Origin: Octopus sinensis
Lineage: Eukaryota
Assembly: GCF_006345805.1 (NCBI RefSeq)
Contig: NC_043001.1
Location: 103,044,001 to 103,108,000, forward strand
Length of the DNA: 64,000 nucleotides
Direction of reading: 5' to 3'
Part shown: piece by piece, positions 1-11,811 of the stretch
How positions within the stretch are numbered: the stretch's first letter is position 1
Layout of the letters: each line of letters opens with the position of its first letter
The notes under the pieces: generated by a model
Databases searched by the model: none
Seen by the model: the letters and a program-made list of their open reading frames with translations, nothing else
Told to the model about the DNA's origin: nothing
Translations under genes and position numbers: made by a program

Positions 1-3000
1 GTTGCTTCCTGTTGTATTTTTGGCCTACACAAAATTGGTAAGTAAAATAAGGAATCACAAATGAGTTGATTGTAAGTATCATGCTTTAGATTCTTTAAAT
101 ATTTTCATATTTTATCGTTACATATAAATAAATTTTTCATACTTGTAAATAACTAGTTAGGTTCTGTATTTAAACCCTGCCAAGGTAAACTTTGCTCTCA
201 CTCTTCCAAGGTTGATAATAACCATTTCAGTTCTGAGGTTGATTTAATCAAAGAATCCCTTCCTCCAAAGTTCTAGCCCAAATTCTAAATTCTAATTATC
301 TTTTATCTCTTACCTGTTTCAGTCGTTGGACTGAGTCCGTCCTGGGGCACTGCCTTAAAGAATTTTTAAGTGAAATGAATCGACACCAGCACTGTTTTTT
401 AAGTGTGGTACTTGTTTTATTGGTCTCTTTCGTAAGAACCACTAAATTATGGGGATGTAGACGAAAAAACAATGGTGGTTAAGCGGTGGTGGGAGACAAA
501 CAAAAACACACACACACATATGTATGTATATAAATATATATATATATATATATCAATGGAAATAGGAGTTATGATGCCTGTGCCGGTGGCACATAAAAAG
601 TACTATCCGAACGTGGCTGATGCCAGCGCTGCCCCGACTGGCCTCTGTGCCGGTAAGACCATCCGAACGTTGCCAGCGCCGCCTTGGCTGGGTCCCGTGC
701 CGCTGGCACGTTAAAAGCTCGAACTGATTGTGACCGATGCCGGACCCCCCCGGCCCCTTGTGCAGGTGGCACGTAAAAAGCACCCACTCCACTCGCGGAG
801 TGGTTGGCGTTAGGAAGGGCATCCAGCCGTAGAAACTCTGCCAGATCAGACTGGAGCCTGGAGCGGCCCCTGGCTTCCCAGCACCCACTACACTCTCAGA
901 GTGGTTTGCATTAGGAAGGGCATCCAGCTGTCCTCAGTCAAAATCGTCCAACCTGTGCTAGCGCGGAAAACGGACGTTAAACGATGATGATGATGATATA
1001 TATATATATATAAACATAATAAATAACAGTAGGGCAATAAGAATTATATAAATAATTTATATAATTCTTATTACCCTAATGTTATTTATTATGTTTAAAT
1101 ATTCTTTGATAAATTTGTTTTAAATTTTACTGGCATTCCCTCTGTCGCCGTATATAATCTGCATCTGCGCAGTGGTTTGAAAAGTTAGGATATACATACA
1201 GCTAGTTTACATGTGGATCTAGTCGTGTGTATATTTGAATTCTAAAGGCTTCCTACTGATGAAAACTAGCCTCAGTAAATATTTTTTTACTAGAATTAGT
1301 TAGAAACCATGGTCTAGGAACTAAATAAGATGGTAAACGTTTTTAATTTTCATTCCTTTCGAGAATTTATCCCTAATTAGTGGTTTGAGTTTTCTACTGC
1401 TCTTTCTAGCACAAGGCTTTCCTATTTGGAAGCCTCTTGATGTGTTTTAATGTACACGATATTTATATATATATATATATAAAGAGAGAGAGAGAGAATA
1501 AAGTGTACGTACGCCGCTATATATTTATATAAAATACAAAATGGGACAAGAACGCAAAACATCCAGACAACTAGGTGATGAAAAAGGGGAGATAATAAAG
1601 TACTTGTGATTCCAAAAGGAAGGTGCACGTGCGTTTGTGTATGTGAGAGTGTGTAAGTATATGTGTGTGGGTAGGGGCTGGTGACTTTGACATGTGGATG
1701 TGTACATGTGTAAGTGTGTGTATCTGTAATGTGTGGGTATGTGGATGCTGGTAAGTGGTGAATGCTAGTGTGTGTGGATTGGTGTAGGTTCGTCTGGTGT
1801 GACGGTGTTGGGGTGTGGGTTTTGGGTGGAGATGTGGGGGTAGGGGTATATATGTGTGTGTGTGTATATATATATTAGTTTTTTGTTTTGCTTCCTTGTT
1901 TTTACAGTTGAATATCATATGCTGTGCTCTTGTCGGATCCTATGCGATAGTGTTTTCAATCGATATCCTCACATATGGCATCATTAGGTACATATTCCTG
2001 AATTCATTCCACCACATGATCTATGCCAACTTCAATAAAGCACTAGCAGTAACACCATTTCAGAAAAATGGTAAGTTTCCTGTTTTTCTTTTTCAATATT
2101 ATCACCACCCTCATCATTGTCCTTATCACTGCTATCATAAGACAGGAGCTAGAGCAGTAGGGAGAAGCTATTGATGGTCTATTCTCCATAGAAAGCAAAG
2201 GGCTAGGTTAGATAGAATTTGTCACAGCAGATGTTCTGTAGCCAGATGTTCTTCCTCTCACCAAGCCTCTTCTGTTTCCAACCAAGGTTATTTTTGCTGT
2301 TGGTCACACATTTTTCTCAGAAGAATAACTTTTCTTGTTTGATAGTGATGCTTCTTTACAGCCATCACATGATCTCAAGACAAGCTCACACACACACACA
2401 CACACACACACATAATAGGCTTCTTTCAGATTCTGTCTATAGCATCCACTAGGTTTTGGTCTGCCAGGGGCTATAGTCAGAAAGATTCATTGCCAGTGCT
2501 ACTGGACTGGCTCCTGTGCAGGTGGCACATAAAAAGCCCCATTTGAGCATGGCCATTGCCAGTACCGCCTGACTGGCCCTCATGCTAGTGGCATGTAAAA
2601 AGCACCCACTACACTCTTGAAGTGGTTGGCATTAGGAAGAGCATCCAGCTGTAGAAACTCTACCAGATCAAGATTGGAGCCTGGTGCAGCCATCTGGTTC
2701 GCCAGTCCTCAGTCAAACCGTCCAACCCATGCTAGCATGGAAAGTGGACGTTAAACGATGGTGATGATGATTATGACTTGTCCAAGGTGCTGCTGTGCAG
2801 TGGGACTGAACTTGAAACCATATGATTCGAAAATTAGCTTCTTAACCTCACAACTACAATCATCATCATCATCATGGATTAACGTCCGTTTTTCCATGCT
2901 GGCATGGATCGGTGCATGTAGCAATTGTCTTCCAGATTATTGTTCGCTGGAAACATTTAAGATGAGGAGCATCCAAGATGAGAGAAACCAACATTAATCT

Positions 3001-3779
3001 AAAGAATACAGCTTAGCATATAAGAGACAATATTGGTTTCAAATCTGGCACAAAGCCAGCAGTTTCAGGGGATGGGGTAAGTGGATTACATCAATCCCAG
3101 TATATAACTGGTACTCATTTTATCGACTTTGAAAGAATGAAAAGCAAAGTTGACCTTGGTGGAATTTGAACTCAGAATGTAAAGACCAATGAAATGACTA
3201 AGTATTCTGCCCAGCATGCTAATGGTTCTGCCAACTCGCTGCTCTAGAGACAATATCGTTAGACAATATCGTTAGTCAATGTTAGCTTAATATAAAATCA
3301 AATTCTCATTGCCTCTAAAATAATAAGTGTTACAGACTTGGTAGTTATAGGTTACGAGTTCAAACCCTAGGTTTGGAATATTACTTGAAGACGTCTGGGG
3401 AAAATGTCAATGAAAACATTGTGTTAAATGTTGTCCTGAATATCACAGACGAAAGAAGCACCAACACTTTTCCGTTCTCTTTCCAGATATGATTCTTGCT
3501 GGGCTTTGGGTTGGTTTCTTCGTTGCCGGTGTTATATTCCAGTTGTTCTCTGAAAAAGGAAGAGCTCCATTCCCACCAGCCAGTAACATTTTCTGCTGCC
3601 AAAATGGAAATGAACCCCGTCGACCAATAGTTGGTAACGAACGTGAACCTCTCCTACCAGATAATCCTCCAGTCGGCAGATATGGAACACTTGGAAGGGT
3701 TGTTCCTCCCACTCATCAACCATATCAGTCCTATACTGTTATTACAGGTTTTGCTAGTTCAGCTCCAGCACCAAAATGA
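1..3779 (+). CDS. TM7SF3: Transmembrane 7 superfamily member 3-like protein, last three coding exons (gene starts upstream of the window)
   Basis: Exons <1-37 (LLPVVFLAYTKL, donor GTAAGT at 38), 1908-2070 (tttacAG|LNIICCALVGSYAIVFSID...ALAVTPFQKN, donor GTAAGT) and 3487-3779 (ttccAG|DMILAGLWVGFFVAGVIFQLFSEKGRAPFPP...EREPLL...stop). Phases join in frame. The peptide resembles the recalled TM7SF3 C-terminal pattern LNILTCGVIGSYSVV...PFQTND...RGRPFFPP...ERTPLL. Confidence 0.85.
575..996 (+). mobile_element. RTE-LINE 3' tail copy with internal structured ~65-bp tandem units
   Basis: Same sequence as the 3' UTR following the RTE ORF at 34790-35315: GTGCCGGTGGCAC units, GGAAGGGCATCCAGC box and (GAT)n tail. 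Confidence 0.75.
1250..1320 (+). ncRNA. Type I hammerhead ribozyme-like motif
   Basis: Stem I TTCCTA(1250-55)/TAGGAA(1315-20); core CTGATGA 1256-62; stem II AACTA/TAGTT with AGTAAA/TTTACT extension; GAAA 1303-06; palindromic stem III ACCATGGT; GTC cleavage triplet. The first stem II pair is an A-A mismatch. Confidence 0.7.
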
Positions 3780-4080
3780 GCTCTGATATGTCCGGTTGTC
3801 TTTCAGAATCATCTGTTTTCTAGTTAATACCTTTTAGACTCTGTTGAAATGCATTTGAAAAGTGTCCTGTGTAAAACAGTGTTGTATGTATATGTACGGT
3901 GAGTGTGAGTATGTGTTTGTATGTGTTTGTGGATGCATGTGTTTGTATACACACACACACACACACACACACACTTGTGTATAAGAGGATAATTTTATAA
4001 CTTTGTTAAACTGAAGAGCAAAATTAAAAATAGGAGTGCTGCTGGAAGTGCTCAGGTGAGGCACTGAGGCAAAAGGAGAA

Positions 4081-4805
4081 ATAAATTGAAAGGTAAAATG
4101 GATAAACACTCCAATCAGTCAAAACAACTTTGTATCACTCCCAAATTACCAAAAATTGAAAATAAATATATATTTAAATAATAGGGCACCCAACGGTAAA
4201 ACCCAACAGTATAAAATATACACAAATAAATAGGAAGGGCATCCAGCTGTAGAAACTCTGCCAGATCACGATTGAAGCCTGGTGCAGCCATCTGGTTCCC
4301 CAGCCCTCAGTCATTCGTCATGATGATGATGATAATGAAAAGGTGATAAAACCCAAAAGGGTAATACGAGTGAAGTCAAATGAAGAAAAATATATGGAAT
4401 AAATTCATACGTAATAAAGATGGCTAAAAATTTAAGGCAATCAAGCTAAAATAATATAAATGTATAAAAATACAAGAGTATAAATATAAAAAATAAAATG
4501 TAAGGAAACCAGAACAGAGTCCATTGATGCCCATCTCTACGATTGTTTCAAATCATGCTGCTTCACATTGTTAATGTACAATCCATTAAGGAAATCCAAC
4601 AGCAACACCTTTTTATCAGGAGAAAACTTCACATTTCTGGTTATTTTATTATTCGTTGTTATGTGTATATTTCATACTGTCGGGTTTTACCATTGGATGC
4701 CCTATTATTTCAATATATATTTATATTCGTTTTTTTATAATTTGGGAATGATATAAAGTTGTTTTGACTGATTGGAGTGTTTATTCACCATACCTTTCAA
4801 TTTAT
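4081..4805. repeat. Long inverted repeat element (~144-bp arms 4081-4224 / 4662-4805) ending at (TA)n
   Basis: ATAAATTGAAAGGTA...ATATACACA is the near-exact reverse complement of TGTGTATAT...TACCTTTCAATTTAT. The interior holds an RTE-tail fragment and a degenerate hammerhead on the minus strand. Confidence 0.75.
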
Positions 4806-5202
4806 ATATGTATATATATATACTTTAAATGACCAGAAAATAGAGAGAATTTTAGATCAACAAACAAATTGGACCACATGTGTAGATTATTTTTTTAATA
4901 CTAAACATAACATTTCTGTGACAGGTTACGGCATGTTTAGTATTAAAAAATAATCTACACGTGTGGTCCGATTGATTTGAGGTTTTCTCTATTTTCTAAT
5001 TATTTAAATTTGATTCCTAATAAACTTTTGTTTATTCTGTTGTTACCTATACCCTATGAGCATAGTGTCCCTGCATACCCATGCCCAGAGACAACACAGG
5101 TAACTGATACCAATAGTAAATATGGATATTTTATCCCTTAGTTACTATAACCACTAACACTGCTTACTCTTTATATGTTTATATGTATGTGTATATATAT
5201 AT

Positions 5203-5240
<38 letters not shown>

Positions 5241-6446
5241 GGTGAGAGAGTTGGTATGTGAAAGCACGTGGTTGGATGTATAAAAAACAAAAAAGGGTAA
5301 AAAAAACTACAGAATTTTTTCACAATCTCCTGTTTTGATAATATAATTACTCTGCAAAATTCTATTTTCCAGTAGTTATGAACTGTTATGTAAGCCTCAG
5401 TGTAATACTGGAATACACAGATGTGCTTCACACGGACACAGCTTGGATTATAACTCTTTCTACAAATATATATATATATATATAAATTCAGCAAAATTTA
5501 GATTCAGATGAATATGGTACTTAAGTTAAAGGCACCAGAATTTAGTATGGTATTATCCATATAAATCAAATGGGGGTGATGGGATATATATATATATATG
5601 ATGATGATGATGATGATGATATATATATATATACATATACATATACATACATACATACATACATACATACATACACACACACACATATATATGCAATGTA
5701 TATTCTATTCTAAATTAATGATTCTTTTTACGTGAGTTATATAATGGATGAAACATTGGGTTTTTTTTTTATCTGATATTTTATAAAATCAAACGATGTG
5801 ATATTAAGCCCTATTTTTGAGATATTAATCTTTGTATATATGCTTTGTTTAAAAATTTGAGTTGTAAAAACCAAAATCTTTAAGAATTTGTTTTAAAAAC
5901 TAAAACTGAAGGAAACACTTGTGGTCCAAATTGCACTTATTGTTCTCTGTTGATTCATCTTCATACATTCCATTTCATTTGTTTGTATTTAGATGTTTCT
6001 TGATGATATGAATAATATTAAAACAGAATATAAAAATATTGTTAATCATTTCATTCAGAAAAGTTATGAGAAATCATTTTCCAGAATATTTTTGGGAAAT
6101 ATATTTTGTGAAAAGACAAAAAAACAGTCAGTTCCTAAGTGAATTGACCAATTCTATGATGAATGCTAAATTTAGCATTATATGGTTGCAGTGGAAATAA
6201 ATTTGTGTTTTCATTGAAGTCATTCTGTATACATTTTTAAATTTTTGGCTGTAAATAACCAAGTGGTAACAGTTAAATTGTGTAAATTCAAATGTGTTTT
6301 TACTATTTTTGAAATATCAGCAACGAGAAGCAGACATTCACCCTTTAGCATTTAAACTGGCCATGTCCAGCTGAAATATTCCACCTGTTTTAAGTTTGAT
6401 CTGACCTCTCATCAGATTACACCTTACAGTGTAATTTTAAAAATAA

Positions 6447-7813
6447 CACTGGTCAACAAAATGAAACTTTTTTCAATCATCAGAGTTGTTGATTGACTTT
6501 TCTGGGTTAATTTTTGATGCTGATTATGAATCTGAAGTCCGATTTCCTCTATCAGGTCACGTGTTCATGTTAATGATACCTGCTCTTTTAACTTATAGGA
6601 TACATAAAGCATGTCTATATAAAGTATATTGAATACAAGATACGATAATTTCATGGCTTTTTATTGTACGAAATTAAAATTATTGTGTACAAATAAGTTA
6701 GAATACGCTTAAATGCATAACAACTTAAAATCTTTGGGATTTGGACTTTCTATGGTGTTTTGTCTCGGGCTCATCCCTGTGTAACATCCAACAGTAGCCA
6801 GCTAACATTCCTGCATTCCAAAATCCTTGATATCGTTGTTCCATTGATGCAATATCTTGATGAAAGCATTCTCCTTGTTCATCAGACACTGCAAAAAAGT
6901 CCAGCCCATTGCAGCGTAGGAGTCTAGAAGACATCTCATTCCATTTCTAAACTCTAGAGATCTCTTGTTGCCTAGGAAATTTTCACAGAGCCATTTCAAG
7001 GATTACCAGGCTTAAGCTCAATCTCATCCAGTGCTGTGAGGAAGTGGTTGTCCTTCAGGAGTTCTTTTATCTGCAGACCTATAAATATGCCCTCCTTCAG
7101 TTTTGCCTCGGGGATTTTTGGAAATTTGGCCTTCACATATTCAAAACCTTTTGAGCTTTTCCTGGCAAGTGTCTTCACAAATTGTTTTATGAGGCCAAGC
7201 TTTATGTGAAGAGGGGGAAGAAGAACATTTTCTGGGTTTAAAAGTGGCTTACTCTGGACGCTATAAACTCCTGGCTTATATGATTTTTGCAAAGGCCACT
7301 CTGATTGCACATAGTGCTTGTTAGTTGCACGACTGTCCCATGGGCATAAAAAGGAACAATATTTCATGAACTCAGATTGCATTCCCATCAACATTCCAAT
7401 CACCTTCAAGTCTCCACATATTTTCCAGCTGTAGTTTGTATACTTTATGGCATTGAGGAGTACTTGCAGATTTTCATAACAATCCTTCATGTGCACTGAA
7501 TGTCCTATGGGAATGGATGGTTTCTTATTGCCGTTGTGTAGTAGTACTGCCTTGAGGCTTCTCTTAGATGAATCAATGAATAAGCGCCATTCAGCTGGAA
7601 CATGCTTTTGGAACAAACAGCAAAATAACTCATCAGTGTTATTACTGAAACAAAGTGGTCCAACAACAGAGAAGCATGAAGTCAGACCCCTATTTTTCTT
7701 CCTGAAATGAGTAATACAAACATCTTTCTTAAGCAGACACTTTTCTTGTAGGCGAGATGCTAATAGTTCAGCTTTATCCTTCGATAATGACAAGTCTCTA
7801 TCTAAATCATTAA
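6447..7813 (-). mobile_element. DNA transposon remnant with frameshifted, 5'-truncated transposase (CMC/Chapaev3-like)
   Basis: ORFs 6996-7793 and 6725-6934 carry LNDL.RDL.LSK.KAELL.SRL, WRLFIDSSKRSLKAVLLHNGN, PPLHIKLGL and EQGE.FHQDI..ME.RYQG.W...MLA.YCW. Terminus CACTGGTCAACAAA at 6447. Family assignment is from recalled motifs. Confidence 0.7.
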
Positions 7814-8032
7814 CCCTTTTACCATATTTCTTTTGAGATGCTCTGTGTTTCTTTCAATTAATTTTAAATATAACTAAGAATTTAGTAAAATAGATTGGTT
7901 ATCCTTAAGCTAGTGTTAGGAACATAAATTGTGACTAAGTTTTGGTGGAAGATTTTAATTCAGAACTTTTGAAAACAAGACATTTGTACTACAGAGCCAG
8001 AGGTGGTTTTAGCTGGGTTGGTATTGAAAGGG
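7814..8032. mobile_element. piggyBac-type MITE family 2 (219 bp)
   Basis: TTAA|CCCTTTTACCA...TGGTATTGAAAGGG|TTAA. The left part resembles the left end of the 20079-21118 element. Confidence 0.7.
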
Positions 8033-9118
8033 TTAATTCAAAACAATGTGAATAAACAGGCATTACGTTTGAGAGAGGAATCTGAATGCTGAACAGTTAA
8101 ACAACCACATGATCTTTAGTGTTAGGAAGTTGTCCTCTTTTCACTGCTAAGATGGATTCCTTTAGCTGCATGGAGATGATTTTTACTTCTAAAGGTGTGG
8201 ACTGTAAATAATGTTGGTTTATAACAGCAGTATTTGGATTAGTCTATCAGATGTAATACTTATTTATTCACATTGTTTTGAATTAATCGTGCATTATCTC
8301 TTAGTATCAAAATGTTGATGCTGTGATAGTTTATCTTTAGAATGACTTTGCTGAGCATGTGTGAGAGGCCTAATCTGACTGGATTGAACATAAACAAGTT
8401 TAAATACTAAAGGATTAAAACAACAGTTATTTTTATTTCTTCAAGATTTTCAGAATTGGATTTTAGGTTCTTGTCAATGGCTTGGCTGTCTTGTGATGCC
8501 AACAAACAGCTTTATTGATGAGCAACCAATAAAACTGTATTGGTTGGTCAGTAAACCAGCAGTGTCTATTCTAACATACAAACTCATCTTAATTAATACT
8601 TAAAACTGTAATTTTGAAAGAATGGTTTAGTTTTATAATTTCTCAAATGTCATTAACACTGAACCATCCAACCACCCACCGTTAACCATCATAAACTACC
8701 TCTTGTTTATAGTTCAATTATTCCTTCTTCTTTCACCTCTACATACTTCAGTCAACGCTCTTTCCCAAAACTTATTCTATGTCTCACTCCCTACTTTTAA
8801 ATATTTCACATACCCATGACATCCCTGTCTTTTTACCATTTCCTTATAACTGAATTGCACTTTTCCAACACATCCCAATGGCTAATAACACACAACTGAA
8901 GCCAAACATAATCTGTGTTAATCTCACTTTTCCACCTTATCGTTATAATCCATTGTCAGAGTAACAAATGGTGATGATTTCTTGGACGCTTACATGTGGC
9001 ATCGTCAATGAAATGTATTTTGTATCTTACTGGCTTTACCTTTGTGTGTTCCACTTCAAATTTTTCTCTTTGTACCAATGAAGAAAATCATTATTATTCA
9101 TAGTAAAGTCATGTTTAA

Positions 9119-9334
9119 CCATTTGACGTTCAGATTATTTTGTCAAATGTAACATTCTTTTCTTCCACGTTGTTTTTAATAAATCATGCATTATTTTGTA
9201 GCCTTGAAATTTTGATAATGTGATTGTGTTTTTAGAATGTCATTGAAGAGTTGGTGTGATAGGCTGGATCTGGCTGGCTTCAAAATGTAAAACGGGTAGC
9301 ATATTTGAGCCTGACTGGTTTAAATACTAAATGG
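9119..9334. mobile_element. piggyBac-type MITE family 1 copy (reverse orientation)
   Basis: TTAA|CCATTT...AAATGG|TTAA; reverse complement of the 38831 copy. Confidence 0.6.
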
Positions 9335-10340
9335 TTAACACATTCCAGTGTAACTGCAACATGGTAAGAGCCATTTTACTACAGGAATAGTGAGCAGAGA
9401 AAATTCTCCACTGGATTTGTGTAAATACATTGAACTAAGAAACCAACTCAGTCTCAACTGAGCAGGTTTAAGTGACTGATGAAGTGCAAAGATGCAGAAA
9501 TCCATGTGTCCTACAATCAAATCTGTATTATAGCCCAAAATACAAGTCTAGGTGGAGAATTTTCTCCTAGAAATATTTTTGCAGACAAATCTCTTTACCA
9601 TGTCCAATTACACTCCAACTTGTTGCACACGACATATTGTATTCCACGCTGCTTGGTATGACATTATTGATTTAATATTTATCATTTCTATAATAACTTG
9701 ATTTGCTCTTTATCTTATCAACTCTGGAAAAATAAAGGCACAATTGCTCTCTATGGAATTTGAAATACAACTTTATTACAGGATTTTTGTAAAAAATAGC
9801 TTAAATTTCATGTAAATTAGAGATTCGGTTTAGTGAACAAAATAATAGAAAAACTGAGTGAAATTGCTTCTACAGCAATGCTTTTGCAATCATGTCTGAT
9901 GATCTCTGGCTAAACATGCCATTTGGTCTGGGGAGTACAATCCGTTACTCCGTACCCCCCATCTTCTGGTTCTTAACTCCCCCACCCCTACTTTTTTCTT
10001 TTTTTTCCATTTCCTTGGTGAAGTGGTTATGTTTTTTCTTTTCTTGATAATTTGCTTTTTTACACTGTTAATGTTTTTTTCTTTCTTTTCTTCCTGTAAA
10101 AATATTTTATTAATAAAAACAAAGTCTAATCCCCCCCCCCCAAAAAAAGACAAAAAATGACTGGAATACGTCGACAGTACCATTCTCTTAGATGTATCTC
10201 AAGAAAGAAAAATTCAGTTCAACTTTTCTTATTGTGGACACCAAATAATCTTTGTCCCAAAATGTGATTGCTTTGCCATGTCTGTGGACAGGTTCTTGTG
10301 CCGTAAAGGGAAGTGAAACAGGACTTCAGTCTATCTTTAA

Positions 10341-10528
10341 CCCTTTAGCCATATTCAGCCAAAATACTCTACCAAATCTGGCCCCTCACACTTTCCATAC
10401 AATGTCATTCAAAAAATAAACTGCCACATCATCAGAATCTTGAAGCTACAATATTAATTAATTATTAATTTTAAAAAATGCAAATGAGTAAGCAGAACAT
10501 TTGACAGAATAATCCAAATATTAAAGGG
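10341..10528. mobile_element. piggyBac-type MITE family 1 copy
   Basis: TTAA|CCCTTTA...TAAAGGG|TTAA. Confidence 0.65.
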
Positions 10529-10727
10529 TTAATGGGGGCCACAGACTTATTTTATTTTACTTTCCTTCTTTTTTTTTTTTTGTTTTGTAAATTGCAAACC
10601 ATCTCTAGTTTCTTTGGTTTCAAATATTCCTTTTGCTGTTTAAGGAATGATATATTTTGATGAGAAACATCTTATTTTCTGTTTTTGTAACAAGTGAACC
10701 ACAATAATAATTATTTTGTTGTTGTTG

Positions 10728-10769
<42 letters not shown>

Positions 10770-11419
10770 TATTATTATTATTATTAGCCAAGTAAAAAAG
10801 AAAGCTAATTGTGAAAATATACAGGTTATGTCTAATCTAATGCAAAAGCAACCAGTTTTCAAGTGAAGTCTACAGCCAGAGATATTTGTGAACTTTATTG
10901 ATGAAATGCTTCTGAAAGTAAAGCAAAAAAAAAAAAATAAGTTAAAAAAATTATCTAACAGTAAAAATGATACATAAAAAAATATTTGAAAAAGCAACCA
11001 TTTAACATAAATAAAAAAAAAAAAATTTTGTGCATGAAATATTTATTGGAAATGATTGCATTGAATTTGGAAACAAATTATATATTTCCTCTTTGGATCC
11101 CTTTTCAATATCATGAAAATCTTCCTGTTCTGTTGACACAAACCCAATTTGTAAACAAAATATTCTGTGATTGAATTATGCAAGATATTGAAAACTCAGC
11201 TTACATATTCATGTGGCTCTTGTCAAATGTTTTTTTTTCTAAATTTTAATCAGCAACATGTGACTATCTTTTTAATTTTCTATTAAATATACTTGTCTTG
11301 TCTGATGTGACTAAAAGCTTTTCCCCTTCTTGCTTATGCAATAATTGGATGTACATTTGCAATTTTATAAACAAAATTTTATAAATAATTTTGATGTGTT
11401 CGTTTCCTTCTTAAATTGA

Positions 11420-11811
11420 CTGGCATCTGTGCTATCGGGTTTCAAAGAGCACCATACGAGTGTGATCGTTGACAGAGTGGCTAACCAGCTTCCGTGCCAG
11501 TGGCACATAAAAGGGCACCATTCAAGCGTGATCGTTACCAAAGTCGCCTTACTGGCACTTGTGCCGGTGGCATGTGTTAAAAGATTCGAGCGAGGTCATT
11601 GCCAGTACCGCCTGACTGGCCCCCATGCCAGTGGCACATGAAAAGCACCCACTACACTCTCGGAGTGGTTGGCGTTAGTAAGAGCATCCAGCTGTAGAAA
11701 CTCTGCCAGATCAAGATTGGAGCCTGGTGCAGCCATCTGGTTTGCCAGCCCTCAGTCATTCATCCAACCAATGCCGGCATGGAAAGCAAATGTTAAACGA
11801 TGATGATGATG
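11420..11811 (+). mobile_element. RTE-LINE 3' tail copy with tandem structured units
   Basis: Units of GTGCC.GTGGCA...AAAAGCACC followed by the GGCATCCAGCTGTAGAAAC box and (GAT)n. Similar copies at about 2490-2770, 13150-13490(-), 14665-14830(-), 22255-22500(-), 27902-28146, 30370-30670(-), 36520-36905, 42435-42812, 43560-43870(-) and 51760-52155(-). Confidence 0.7.

Larger units (their letters stand above)
6341..8096. mobile_element. piggyBac-type (TTAA) MITE family 1, split by nested insertions
   Basis: Left end CCCTTTAGCATTT at 6341 and right end ...AATGCTGAACAG|TTAA at 8096. The halves match the copy at 38831-39385. Confidence 0.6.

Noticed and set aside
575-790. CRISPR-like repeat/spacer appearance of the GTGCCGGTGGCAC arrays
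   Set aside because: Eukaryotic context with no cas genes; the 'spacers' are homologous to each other and the array is part of an RTE 3' UTR.
9470-9515. CTGATGA...GAAA...GTC as a hammerhead
   Set aside because: Stems I and III do not pair.
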